64,000 bases of DNA, from the NCBI RefSeq assembly GCF_002113885.1, contig NW_018403833.1, forward strand, positions 186,001 to 250,000. The letters are read 5' to 3'. The notes beneath the pieces are model-generated. The model was not told the DNA's origin and ran no database searches. It worked only from the letters and a program-made list of their open reading frames with translations. The stretch comes from Mizuhopecten yessoensis. Its lineage: Eukaryota. Below are positions 21,201 through 33,471 of the stretch, piece after piece; position 1 is the first letter of the stretch, and every line of letters starts with the position of its first letter. The translations under genes and the position numbers were made by a program.

Positions 21201-24200
21201 TTTGAATATTGTTTTATTAAAAAATAAAATTTCAATGTGAACATCAGTATTCGGTTGTGATTCCTGAGAGTAACAAGGATTTTGTTATTCTAGTTTTCAA
21301 AAACTAAGCGGCAAACGGGGGTCTGTCAATAGCATAATATGGCTCACCTAAATTTATACGTTAAGCACAAAGATCTGATTTATAATTAAATTTCACCAAG
21401 ATATCAGTCTTGCAGAGTTTGCATTTTCTTTTGAGAAAGGCACTCAGCAAAACAGTTAACATTCCAGGACATCATCCGTTTTCCTGGCTCACCATGTGAT
21501 GTGATGCCATTGTGCCAGATATCCATCATCTGTCTATAAACTTCTTACTTTAAAACAACTAGTTCCGAATAGCTTTGGGTTTTGACTAAATTTGGTCTGG
21601 ATCCTTTTTTTTAGCTCACCTGGCCCGAAGGGCCAAGTGAGCTTATCCCATGGTGCAGCGTCCGTTGTCCGGCATCCGTCAACTTTTTCCTTTAAAATGC
21701 TACTTGTCCTGAATGGCTCAGCGGATTTTGACCAAATTTGGTCAGGAGCATCATTGGCCAAAGGGTTCTCAGTTTTGTATAAACGGAGGGTATAACCCCC
21801 CCTGGGGGCAGAGGGGCGGGGCCAAATAGGGGAAAATAGGTAAATCTTTAAAAATCTTCTCCTCAACCAATAGAAGGATTTTGACCAAATTTGTCCTAGA
21901 GTATCTTTGGACAAAGGAGACTCAAGTTTGTATAAACGGAGGGTGTGGCCTCTTTGGGGGCAGAGGGGCGGGGCCAAATAGGGGAAGTAGAGGATTTTTT
22001 CTCTCCTACTATACAAGTGAAGGGATTTAAACCAAATGCAGTCTGAAGCTTGGTCAGGAGCATCATTGGCCAAAGGGTTCTCAGTTTTGTATAAACGGAN
22101 NNNNNNNNNNNNNNNNNNNNNNNNNNNNNNNNNNNNNNNNNNNNNNNNNNNNNNNNNNNNNNNNNNNNNNNNNNNNNNNNNNNNNNNNNNNNNNNNNNNN
22201 NNNNNNNNNNNNNNNNNNNNNNNNNNNNNNNNNNNNNNNNNNNNNNNNNNNNNNNNNNNNNNNNNNNNNNNNNNNNNNNNNNNNNNNNNNNNNNNNNNNN
22301 NNNNNNNNNNNNNNNNNNNNNNNNNNNNNNNNNNNNNNNNNNNNNNNNNNNNNNNNNNNNNNNNNNNNNNNNNNNNNNNNNNNNNNNNNNNNNNNNNNNN
22401 NNNNNNNNNNAAAACATTAAAGATCCTTCTCCTTCTGTACCGTTGAAGGGATTTTAACCTAACCAAACTTGTTTTAGAGAATCTTTGGGCAAAGGGAATT
22501 GAATATTTATAAATGGAAGATGCAACTTTGTTACTTGTACTCCTTTGATAAACCTGAATGGTACTCAGCAGGTTTTAAATTGAAAAATAAAATACCAGGT
22601 GAGCTATTAAGGCCCCTGGGCCTCTTGTTTTTTTTAACGAAGAAATATTTTGAGTATGATTTTGAATCTAACCAACCAATGATGCTTATAGCAAGTTTTG
22701 TTTTGAACTCACCATTGGATATTTGTGTCAGTGCAATTATGATAACACTGTTATCCTTTTTACATCATGTAAAATATATATATGGTGCCTCCTATTCTGG
22801 ATTTTCATTGATACAGATTTATTCCTTATGTTCCAAACCAATGTAAATATCCCTAGTGTATTATCTGCTATTCATTGTTTGAGATGTACCTCCAGGGAGA
22901 GGGCTTGCATAGGCTTTGCCTGTTGCCTGATTCCCTTTAAATCTGATTGATTTAATAAATTATTTTAAAATGAAAAGAAAAAGGATTATAGAATGTTCAC
23001 CTCTTTATTCAACATATTTTTAAGACCAAATATTTACTGATAATATTTGGAATTTTTTCAGGCCCAGCTAAGAAACTTTATTCCTGAGATGCTAAAGTAT
23101 TCTACGGGAAGGAGCAAGCCAGGCTGGGGCAAAGATGAAAGCAGACCTATCTGGTGGCCAAACGATTTGCCGTGGGCAAATGTTCGCAGTGACGCCAGAA
23201 CAGAGGAAGAAAAGAAAAGGGTAAATATTAGATCATTTAAGTGCAGAATAAATTTCTATCATAATTTTCTTGTCCAGAGAAAAAAAATATTAAATCATTC
23301 AGTGCTGAATAAACTATCATCTTTTCCTTATCAAGACAACAAAAACACCATCTTGCTGTGATTACTTAGCATACTAATAAGTACTGCTGTGGGTACTGGT
23401 CCACTGGGAAGAAAGGCCTGTAATGATCGACTCATTTCTGTTTGAGAAGAGCAACCTTACTTGCTGTCTAATTTATGTCACAAAAAACTTTTGATTAACC
23501 TCAGGCTCTTTGTTACTCATCTAGGCTTGGAATAAAGATATTTAGTTTAATCTTAAAATTTGGTTTATTTACTTCTTTGTGGGGTTTTTTTGTGTTTTTT
23601 TTTCTCATTGATACTGCTTGCATTAATCAGAAAATTCTGACAATTGCAATGAAATATCCAAAAGTTGCAAATGCTATACACTTTGGTACAATGATAAAAA
23701 AACGCCTCTTTCATCTACAGGTATCATGGACAGATGCTTTAAGAAACATTGTGAAAAACTGTTATAAACACCATGGGCGAGACGACCTGCTGCAGGTGTT
23801 TATGGAGGAAATGTCTGGAATGATGCAGGTGCAAACAGGCACAAATGCTGCAGCATTTGGTGGCACTATGGTCCAGACGATCAACAATCCGGACGGCACA
23901 GTGTCCATCATACAAATAGAAACAGGTCCACAGTCTGTGGTCACCCTTCCGGACGGTACACAGGCCACTGTTGTACATGCTGTAAGTGTCTGATGTACTC
24001 TTTATCACCTTTGATCATGTCGCAGGTCTTTTGCTAAATAAATAACAATAAGAAATTCAAAACTGTCACCTCTGTGAATCAATTAACTGGTTCAGTTTAC
24101 AAGTTTTTACACTTGCTATTAGAACAGATTCCTTGAATTATAATGTGTCTATATTTTGCAAACTATGCCTATAAAAGTATTTTTCATTTTCTTGGCCTGG

Positions 24201-25434
24201 TGTGTAGCACCTTATGAAGTAAGGTGTATGCTTCGTAGTACAAGTACTACTGACTAAATAGGTTTGGGGCTGCCATGACCTCTGTTTGGCTGAAACAGTT
24301 ATAAGTTACCTGGTTAATCATGGTTACTTGATTAAAAACAAAGACAGCATTTTTTTAAGGCGACGTTATTGTATCATATCAATCTATAGAGCTGGTACTG
24401 CGATGTGTATCGTGCCTTGAAATGTTGTAGCTAATTAGTGTGATATTTCAGCCCTAATTTTTAATGTTGATGATATTTACAGATCCAGCAGCAGCAGGGC
24501 CATCAACACCTGACACAGCACGAGGCCACACAGGCGGTACAGACGCTGGCCGAGGTCGCGTCCAATCAGAATGACCTGTCCCAGACGCTGAGTGCTCACA
24601 TGACACCAGTGTCTCTGGAGATGAACTCAGAGAATACTCACCAGCTCATCAACCAGAACGGACAGATCATCCTGTCTGGTGATGCCCAGATTGGCGGTAA
24701 GAGCTTGGACTTGCATTTAATAGTTGCAGGGAGGTTTTTTTATCCCTTGTCACAAGAGACAGATTTTGACAATGTTCCATTCAACACTGAAAATTGATCT
24801 TTTGCCGTTGTAGTTTGGATTTTTTTACGCATGATAGTTGCCATTTATCCATAAATTTTTATTTCAGTATGCTCACATATTAATGCAGGAAAGTGAAATA
24901 TTTTTTTAACCTTGACAATAAGTTCATTGTTGATAAGATTGTTTGATAATATAAATATTATCATTTGTAGTTGATCAGTTTCCTCACTTACCAACACTCA
25001 CTCAGAAATCATTAAGGAAATGATAAGCAAGCTTGTACCTGATTTATTTTTGATAAAGACCATTCCTGTGTTGGTGCCAAGTATATGAATAGTAGTACAC
25101 GATGGAGGATATTTTCTGCTCTTCTTGGAGCTACAGTTTGGCTCGTTATTTATCGCCTTTTTTCAAAATAGCAAAAAACATATCAGTAAGTTATATTTCT
25201 GATATTATTACAGGTATAGTGACCATTCCTGTGTCCATGTACCAGACAATGACCGGAGGACTTGCCAATCTGACAGACACACAACATGCCGGTCTTATCC
25301 AGGGGACAATGTCCCAATTCTCCACTGACCGCCTCAACACAATGACCACAAAAACACACTCTATGGTACCAGATGCCACTCAGGCAGTAGAAGTGATGAC
25401 CGTCGACCAGCAACAAGTACAGAATCAGTCTTAA
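18055..25434 (+). CDS. NRF1: Nuclear respiratory factor 1 (P3A2/erect wing family), about 493 aa; join(18055-18280, 18518-18632, 20318-20453, 20924-21073, 23062-23220, 23721-23981, 24483-24696, 25214-25434)
   Basis: Family motifs DDVTAQLAAAG, KRQQTRLLRK, EYTTRVGQQAVVL, ELPPLVIDGIPTPVDKMTQAQLR, KPGWGK..RPIWWP..LPWANVRSD, VSWTDALR, NPDGTVSIIQ, VTIPVSMYQT. All introns are GT-AG and in phase; 1482 nt open. Confidence 0.96.
18518..18632 (+). CDS. NRF1: NRF1 coding exon 2 (NLS / start of DNA-binding domain)
   Basis: GTIGVAAAAAIASSKKRKHPHHFETNPSKRKRQQTRLLR; not in the ORF track. Confidence 0.95.
18907..19127 (+). mobile_element. HINE/Helentron-type element (family B) nested in family A, running into the gap
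   Basis: tttttAGGTCACCTG-agac-aaa-gtct-CAAGTGACCT 5' hairpin, CCGT microsatellite, satellite-like core similar to 21613-22629. Confidence 0.75.
19128..19993. other. Assembly gap
   Basis: N run inside the nested HINE. Confidence 1.
20318..20453 (+). CDS. NRF1: NRF1 coding exon 3
   Basis: KMKATIDEYTTRVGQQAVVLCCTPG...FKVFGSQPLENV. Confidence 0.95.
20924..21073 (+). CDS. NRF1: NRF1 coding exon 4
   Basis: IRSNRNVVMQELE...LPPLVIDGIPTPVDKMTQ. Confidence 0.95.
21613..22629 (+). mobile_element. HINE/Helentron-type element with internal tandem core of about 165 bp
   Basis: Subterminal IR AGCTCACCTG...CAGGTGAGCT, 3' palindrome AGGCCC-CT-GGGCCT, insertion into a T-run, internal tandem repeats and a gap. 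Confidence 0.85.
22100..22410. other. Assembly gap
   Basis: N run inside the HINE tandem core. Confidence 1.
23062..23220 (+). CDS. NRF1: NRF1 coding exon 5
   Basis: AQLRNFIPEMLKYSTGRSKPGWGKDESRPIWWPNDLPWANVRSD. Confidence 0.97.
23721..23981 (+). CDS. NRF1: NRF1 coding exon 6
   Basis: VSWTDALRNIVKNCYKHHGRDDLL...NPDGTVSIIQ. Confidence 0.95.
24483..24696 (+). CDS. NRF1: NRF1 coding exon 7 (Gln-rich activation region)
   Basis: IQQQQG...AVQTLAEVA...NQNGQIILSGD. Confidence 0.9.
25214..25434 (+). CDS. NRF1: NRF1 terminal coding exon
   Basis: GIVTIPVSMYQT...QAVEVMTV, stop TAA. Confidence 0.92.
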
Positions 25435-28400
25435 CAGTCAGTGTTATTAGGGAGGGGGAATTAGGGGCTGCTAGCTCCACTCTATTATGATCATCGCCAC
25501 TTACAATCAGTTTTCAACTTTATAACTTATCTGTGTTTGAAACGTTTTGTGAAAAAACTGTCAAGGTTAAAAAGATGAAATCACACCATTTGTCTTCTTT
25601 TTCAACTTCAAATATTTTCAATATTTCATATCTTGCAGCGTAATTAGGTATATCTGTTTTAAATCATGTTTTAGGATGTGTCATAATGTTAGCCCTAATC
25701 TCAATCATGGTTTATGTACAAAGTTTATACAACATACAAACTATAACATTGTTCCTTTTGGTACTGCATAGTGTTTCTATTTCACTGATATTTTAATTAT
25801 GAATTACATTTTTGATTTGCTTAAAATATTTAAATTCTACAATCCAGTGAAAGGCTATTATTAAAGCTTAGAGTGGTATTTTCTCTTTGGTATTCTTAAA
25901 ACCCTGCATAGTTTTAAATTGTAAGAAATCATCTGATAATTACGGTTAATTAGGAGAGACATATACTTTTTATAGCGATTTATATACTTTTTCTGATTCA
26001 TGCTACTGGGTCATTTTCTGTATGTCGGAGCTAAGCAACAGATTAAAATCCTCAAAAGCGAGTGGGTTGAATCACATTGATTATGATAAAATTTCAATTA
26101 CATGCAAAAAATCTGTTCAGCAACTTACCTATTCCACAAAGTCTAATATAGTACGAAAAAGAAAAGTTGATTTTACAAATTGACAGCGATCAGTAAAATC
26201 AAAACACTGCAAAACCAATTTGTGTTATGCATGGGCTTCTTTTTGGCAATCCATTAAAAAATATATTTTTATGCTAATATATGTTTTTTGACAGTAAAAA
26301 TGTTCTTATAACACTTATTTCCACACAACTCGGCTAATTTAATATGTTCGCCAATCAATAGCAGTGGGCTTGTGATCAAAACATTTTTTTTCATAATTTT
26401 TACTATTATTTGTTAAAGAACTCTTTCCATTCTGTATTATTTTTTGGTATTTTTGGGAATATAGATGGAGGGAACTATGTTACTGTAACATATATTCCAA
26501 TTGAAAGAAGTATTTTAATGTATATTACAGTCATTAACTTTGGAGTGTGGACACAGTTTAAACATTCTTAATTTGAGTTCCAAATTCAAAAAAATGTTTT
26601 TAAGGCATCCCTTGCCATCATGCAAAATTAAAGGGCAGACAACTATCTTTTGGAAACTAACGAGAAATGATTGCCTCTAATGTTGAGCTTAGCTAGCAAG
26701 ACACCAAAAGCATGCATGTAAGATTTGATTGAAAATAAATGTTTTGCAAGTCAGATATTCAAGTGTATGAGCCTAGGGTGTGAAGGTGAATACCTATGGT
26801 TCGATTTGTGGTTCTAATTCTGTGTTTTAATAATCATTTGCCTAAAAATTGCTAAAACACTGTCATAACAACATTTCTATTCCACTGTTAATATACTCTA
26901 TTCAATATGGTTCTTCTTTCAAAAAATGAAATAAGTTAAAAACCTTAAAGCATCTCTGTTATTATGTTAATACATGTATTTTAGGATTTATCTTTGCAAA
27001 AGGTATACATAGTTCAGAGATTAAGAATCCTCACAAGGTTTTACCTTGTTTTAGAATCGCAATGCTGTATTTAAAATCATTTCATTTTTGTTTTTCTTCG
27101 TAATTCTTTTCACAAACTGGTTTTTCATTTGTTGTTAAGTTTTGGTAAACTCTATTAGCTTAATTGTAAGAGCATGGACAAGGCTTGTGTCTGTACTGTA
27201 GTAAAGCAGCAATACAAATTTATCTACCAGGTAAAATTGATCTGTATATATAGTAATTGCCATAATGATTATTTTTGGGGACATTTTTGGGTATTATCTG
27301 TTGCTCTGTATTTGGGTGAAACACTTTTAAAGTCTGTATGACCAACTTACATATGGGCAAAGTCCTTTGTGATAGTCTGACAAGATGAAAACTTCACAGT
27401 GAAGTTAAATTATTGTTTGTGTTCGGACTTTATAAAGAATGTCTGAATGGCTCAGCAAAACACTGAAACAATCTCAAATCTTAACGGTGATCTTGGTTTC
27501 ATCTTGTCTTCTGTTATTCATATTTCTCACTTCATTATTCACCTTATAATCTCTACTCAGCATAATTTTGTGTCATGTGTATATTTATGTGTGGGAGGAT
27601 GAGAGAAAGATTTCTGCGAGTACTTTCCTGTAAAAATGTTAAAACTTTGATCTCCTTTTTTTACTGCCCACCTTTTACATAAATGTACAAGATACATCTG
27701 TTACTACACTTCTCATTAAAACTGTACAAAGTTCTTTTAAACGACTGAAAACATTTTGATCAGTAGACAAGTGTATTTATATATATATAAAGGGGGATTA
27801 GTTTGTGTTCTTATCATTTTCCTTTGATTTCTTCTCTTTCGATGATAGCTTAATCACATCCAATTACAAAAAATAGGTCTGATTCGAGTAAGGGAGTCAG
27901 AAACGTGCTTAATAAATATTTGAGGAGACAATAATATTCATAAAATTCAAACTTGAAAGTGGCTGTATTGTTGCTTTCATTGGGGCAGTGAGCGTTTAAA
28001 GGTGTTATGATACTTGTATAGAAGATATCATTTCCAAGCAACTGTCCAGATGAGTTTCATGTCTTAATATTTAACAAACAACAGAGCTTAAACATTTTCT
28101 AATTGAATTTTGTACTGTAAAAGTACAATGTAATCAGTATTTCTTAAAGCAGACTGACTTTAGAGGGATATATTGAAGTAAAGTTCTTCTGCATGAAAAA
28201 TCGTCAATGTTTCCAGTACACTCTGAGATGCAAACAATGTATTAGTGTCCATACCCTTCAAATCACTCTGTGGTAGTAAAATTTGTGATTCAATATATAT
28301 GTACATTTAGTAGAAAAAGTCACTTAACCATCACATTACATGTATAAATACAGTGGCTTAACAATGCTTCAAGTCGGATTTGGTTTACATTGCTGTAAGA

Positions 28401-28817
28401 CTGTTATCTGCTGGAGAAGCAGTGTACTATTTTAGAACATGTGCTGGGACCTTATATTTCCTATTTGGTGCAGTTATACATAACATTTTAATTGAAGCAA
28501 TTAGTGACTTACTCTTCAAACTGTGTTGATAGTCCAGATTAAACACCATAATGGCATGTGGCTAGCTTGGCTTTGTAGAAAGTTGAAGCAGATGTGTAGC
28601 ATATACAATCCTTTACATTTGTTCAATACCTGTTTTTATTTGTTGATAAGAAAATTGTGTGTTTTAATGACGTAGCCATGTAAACAGGTGTGTGAAATCT
28701 CTAGTGTTTCATATGTATATAACTGTACCTAGTCTGTCCACACTTAATGCACATTCCTATCGTGTCAAATGTCAGGTTCTATAACAGCAATATCCCCTCT
28801 GTTTCTGTTGTTACATC

Positions 28818-29087
28818 CAGACCTGCGTTCATACTCATAAAGCTGTTCTCATGCTCAAGCATGAATTCTGTGCTCAAAGCAGCTTTATCATAACCCATTT
28901 CAATCATGTGATACTGTTTCAAAGAAAAGTTTAAATGCTGAAATGGTACTTGGCTTAATGTTTTTCCGAAATTCTTCTAAATAACTGACAAAATGTTAAT
29001 TTATCAATTTATCACCGGGCAAGAAATTGAGCTTGCGCACAGAATCTGAGTTTGAGCATATGAACAGTTTCATGAATACAGGCCCAG
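28818..29087. mobile_element. Degenerate MITE in the NRF1 3'UTR
   Basis: Imperfect inverted repeats of about 60 bp (ctgttctcatgctcaa...attctgtgc / gcacagaat...ttgagcatatgaacag). Confidence 0.6.
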
Positions 29088-30165
29088 TATTTTGTTTTTT
29101 GTCCGTCCATAGTATCAATTGTCATGAAATACAAAAATTGCTCTGATTACTTCAAACAAGTTATTGTGGAAGTCAGAGAAATTAACAAGGTAGAAAGGCT
29201 CTTACCATGAAACCTATTCATAACAAATCCAAATGGATTTAAGAAATCAGATTTTCTTAACATTTAATGTTGATGAACAAATTCTTTGACACAAGACACA
29301 AAAATGGCGCTTTTAAAAAGTATTTATAACTGCTGTGAAAATTCTTTGTTTTAATATGTTAAAGTAAAACTTTGCAGTATTTAGTTGACATGCTCATTTG
29401 CACTAGGATATGAAAAGGTTTCTATTTAGTGGAATAATGAAATTTGCATTTAATAAATATTTTGTATATTTTTTTTTCTTTCAAATAATTGCAAAAAAAT
29501 ACATTATCAAAATAGAGCATGCTTTACATTTAAATGGTCGGCTTGACCCAGTTCTGTTTCTCAGGATTACTTTTAGATTATACATACCTGATTTTGCGAA
29601 ACCTATACTATATGCAAGGACTTTAATTTTCTCTTAACAATGTGTGTAAGTATAACGCTACATAGAAAAGCTGGAGACTTTCATTATCAAGGCTTTGTGC
29701 AAATGTATGCAGAAAATATATGGCATGATATACAGGTTATGTACAGTATAAAAACATCTGACAATACAGCTCTCCGGGGCTGAGGGGACCACATACAGGT
29801 GACCAGATAGCTCCAGTTAAGTAGTGTCCATCAACAGTTTATTTCTCTGTGATTATAAATGAATCACTTCACATTTCCTTGTATTCTACCATTATGAATC
29901 AAGAACAAATTTTACATTGTCAGTAGAAACCTTCAGTTTGTGGAGTAGAATTGTGGAGTGTGAGCACTAACATAATAGATGCCTGGTATTCATCACAAAT
30001 ACCTGGAATTTTGAATGTATCTTCGGTAAACAATCCATATCGGTTAAAACTATTTATGAATTCTGTACTTAGTAACTGGTTTTAATGTGTTTTCTGGTGG
30101 TAGTCCTCCAAGAAACGTGGTGTGAATTTTGTCCGTACACATAAATTAATCTTTTATAAATGTTC

Positions 30166-30171
30166 AATAAA
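30166..30171 (+). terminator. Candidate NRF1 distal polyadenylation signal (about 4.7-kb 3'UTR)
   Basis: AATAAA followed by a U/GU-rich tract, at the end of a long T-rich, UTR-like stretch. Confidence 0.5.
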
Positions 30172-30699
30172 TATGAAACAAATACTTTGTATTTTCTTAG
30201 TTTTTTCACTGTTGTCCATTGACCTTGATATTTGTTTTTGTGAACAAACTCTATTGTCTCGATCCCGTTATTAGCATTTCACCATTGACCTACAGATCAT
30301 GATGAAGGTCATAGGGACATAAATAAAGAGCACTGCACAACCTCTGGGTAATGTAGATATACTTTATAACACATATAGAAATACATGTAAAAAGTTATGT
30401 GGAAGGTCACAATACCATAACAGTGTAAAAGTTACAGCTGAAAATTATGCACTTATTTAACCTTTTACTTTGAGGTCAAGATCATGTAGGACAGTGCACT
30501 ATGACTGCACTGCATATCAATTGTGGGTGATGCAGGTATACTGCAAGATTCATCAAAATATTAAAAGTTACGACCTGGACAAGATGTTCCTGATATTACT
30601 TTGAGGTGGGGATCACAGTGACCTATTGGCAGTGCGATGCACATCATCAGTGGGTGATGCAGATATAACAAACAGGTTACACAGTGTGCCAGATAAGAA

Positions 30700-30918
30700 A
30701 TGTTAATCTGACCAATAGGTTGTGTCCCACTGGGTGTCAAATTTGACAGGTTAATATGACCAATAGGTTGTGTCCCACTGGGTGTCAAATTTGACAGGTT
30801 AATATGACCAATAGGTTGTGTCCCACTGGGTGTCAAATCTGACAGGTTAATATGACCAATAGGTTGTGTCCCACTGGGTGTCAAATCTGACAGGTTAATA
30901 TGACCAATAGGTTGTGTC
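30700..30918. repeat. 48-bp minisatellite, running into the gap
   Basis: Unit TGACCAATAGGTTGTGTCCCACTGGGTGTCAAATTTGACAGGTTAATA. Confidence 0.95.
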
Positions 30919-31519
30919 NNNNNNNNNNNNNNNNNNNNNNNNNNNNNNNNNNNNNNNNNNNNNNNNNNNNNNNNNNNNNNNNNNNNNNNNNNNNNNNNNN
31001 NNNNNNNNNNNNNNNNNNNNNNNNNNNNNNNNNNNNNNNNNNNNNNNNNNNNNNNNNNNNNNNNNNNNNNNNNNNNNNNNNNNNNNNNNNNNNNNNNNNN
31101 NNNNNNNNNNNNNNNNNNNNNNNNNNNNNNNNNNNNNNNNNNNNNNNNNNNNNNNNNNNNNNNNNNNNNNNNNNNNNNNNNNNNNNNNNNNNNNNNNNNN
31201 NNNNNNNNNNNNNNNNNNNNNNNNNNNNNNNNNNNNNNNNNNNNNNNNNNNNNNNNNNNNNNNNNNNNNNNNNNNNNNNNNNNNNNNNNNNNNNNNNNNN
31301 NNNNNNNNNNNNNNNNNNNNNNNNNNNNNNNNNNNNNNNNNNNNNNNNNNNNNNNNNNNNNNNNNNNNNNNNNNNNNNNNNNNNNNNNNNNNNNNNNNNN
31401 NNNNNNNNNNNNNNNNNNNNNNNNNNNNNNNNNNNNNNNNNNNNNNNNNNNNNNNNNNNNNNNNNNNNNNNNNNNNNNNNNNNNNNNNNNNNNNNNNNNN
31501 NNNNNNNNNNNNNNNNNNN
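30919..31519. other. Assembly gap
   Basis: N run between two related satellites. Confidence 1.
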
Positions 31520-33420
31520 GAGTCCAACAGGGTGTTGAATTAGACAGTTAATCTAACAAATATGGTGTGTCCACAGGGGGTAAATTAGAAAGTTAGTCTA
31601 ACCAATATGGTGTGTCCACAGGGTGTTGAATTAGGCAGTTAGTCTAACCAATATAGTGTGTCCACAGGGTATTGAATTAGACAGTTCATCTAACCAATAC
31701 GGCGAGTCCAACAGGGTGTTGAATTAGACAGTTAATCTAACAAATATGGTGTGTCCACAGGGGGTAAATTAGAAAGTTAGTCTAACCAATATGGTGTGTC
31801 CACAGGGTGTTGAATTAGGCAGTTAGTCTAACCAATATAGTGTGTCCACAGGGTATTGAATTAGACAGTTCATCTAACCAATACGGCGAGTCCAACAGGG
31901 TGTTGAATTAGACAGTTAATCTAACAAATATGGTGTGTCCACAGGGGGTAAATTAGAAAGTTAGTCTAACCAATATGGTGTGTCCACAGGGTGTTGAATT
32001 AGGCAGTTAGTCTAACCAATATAGTGTGTCCACAGGGTATTGAATTAGACAGTTCATCTAACCAATACGGCGAGTCCAACAGGGTGTTGAATTAGACAGT
32101 TAATCTAACAAATATGGTGTGTCCACAGGGGGTAAATTAGACAGTTAATCTAACCAATATGGTGTGTCCACAGGGGTGTGTGAATTAAATAGATAATCTA
32201 ACCAATATAGTGTGTCCACAGGGGGTTGAATTAGACAGTAAATCTAACCAATACGGTGTGTCCACAGGGGGTAAATTAGAAAGTTAGTCTAACCAATATG
32301 GTGTGTCCACAGGGGTGTGTGAATTAAATGGATAATCTAACCAATATAGTGTGTCCACAGGGGGTCGAATTAGACAGTAAATCTAACCAATACGGTGTGT
32401 CCACAGGGGGGGGGGTGAATTAAATAGATAATCTAACCAATAGGGTGTGTCTACAGGGGGTAAATTAGACAGTACATCTAACCAATACGGCGAGTCCAAC
32501 AGGGGGTTGAATTAGACAGCTATTCTAAGCAATATGGTGTGTCCACAGGGTGTTGAATTAGGCAGTTAGTCTAACCAATATAGTGTGTCCACAGGGGGTC
32601 GAATTAGACAGTAAATCTAACCAATTCGGTGTGTCCCCAGGGGGGGGGGTGAATTAAATAGATAATCTAACCAATAGGGTGTGTCTACAGGGGGTAAATT
32701 AGACAGTAAATCTCACTAATATGGTGTGTTCAACAGGGAGGGGAATTAGACAGTGCATCTAACCAATACGGTGTGTTCAACAGGGAGGGGAATTAGACAG
32801 TGCATCTAACCAATACGGTGTGTTCAACAGGGAGGGGAATTAGACAGTGCATCTAACCAATACGGTGTGTTCAACAGGGAGGGGAATTAGACAGTGCATC
32901 TAACCAATATGGTGTGTTCAACAGGGAGGGGAATTAGACAGTTAATCTAACAAATATGGTTTGTCCTATAGGGGGTTGAATTAGAGTTAATCTAACCAAT
33001 ATGGTGGGTCCACAGGGGGTAAATTAGACGGTGCATCTAACCAATATGGTGTGTTTAACAGGGAGGTGAATTAAAAGTTAATCTAACAAATATGGTGTGT
33101 CCACAGGGGATTGAATTAGAAGTTAATCTAACCAATATGGTGTGTCCACAGGGGGATGAATAAGACAGTTAATCTAACCAATATGGTGTGTCCACAGGGG
33201 GATGAATTAGACAGCTATTCTAACCAATATGGTGTGTCCACAGGGGGTAAATTAGACAGTGCATCTAACCAATACGGTGTGTTCAACAGGGAGGTGAATT
33301 AGACAGTTAATCTAACCAATATGGTTTGCCAACAGGGAGGTGAATTAGACAGTTAATCTAACCAATATGGCGAGTCCAATATGATGTTGAATTAGACAGT
33401 TAATCTAACTAATATGGTTA
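31520..33420. repeat. Minisatellite of about 46 bp with a 184-bp (4-mer) higher-order repeat
   Basis: Unit GAATTAGACAGTTAATCTAACCAATATGGTGTGTCCACAGGGGGT; HOR starts at 31520, 31704, 31888 and 32072. Confidence 0.95.
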
Positions 33421-33465
33421 ACACTCATCTATGCACATATATTTAAAATCAAAACAAAAACAGAC

Positions 33466-33471
33466 TTTATT
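33466..33471 (-). terminator. Candidate AHCYL distal polyadenylation signal (about 4.4-kb 3'UTR)
   Basis: AATAAA on the minus strand followed by GTCTGTTTTTGTTTTG, next to the satellite block. Confidence 0.5.

Noticed and set aside
19077-31543. Long ORFs made of X residues
   Set aside because: Artefacts of N gaps
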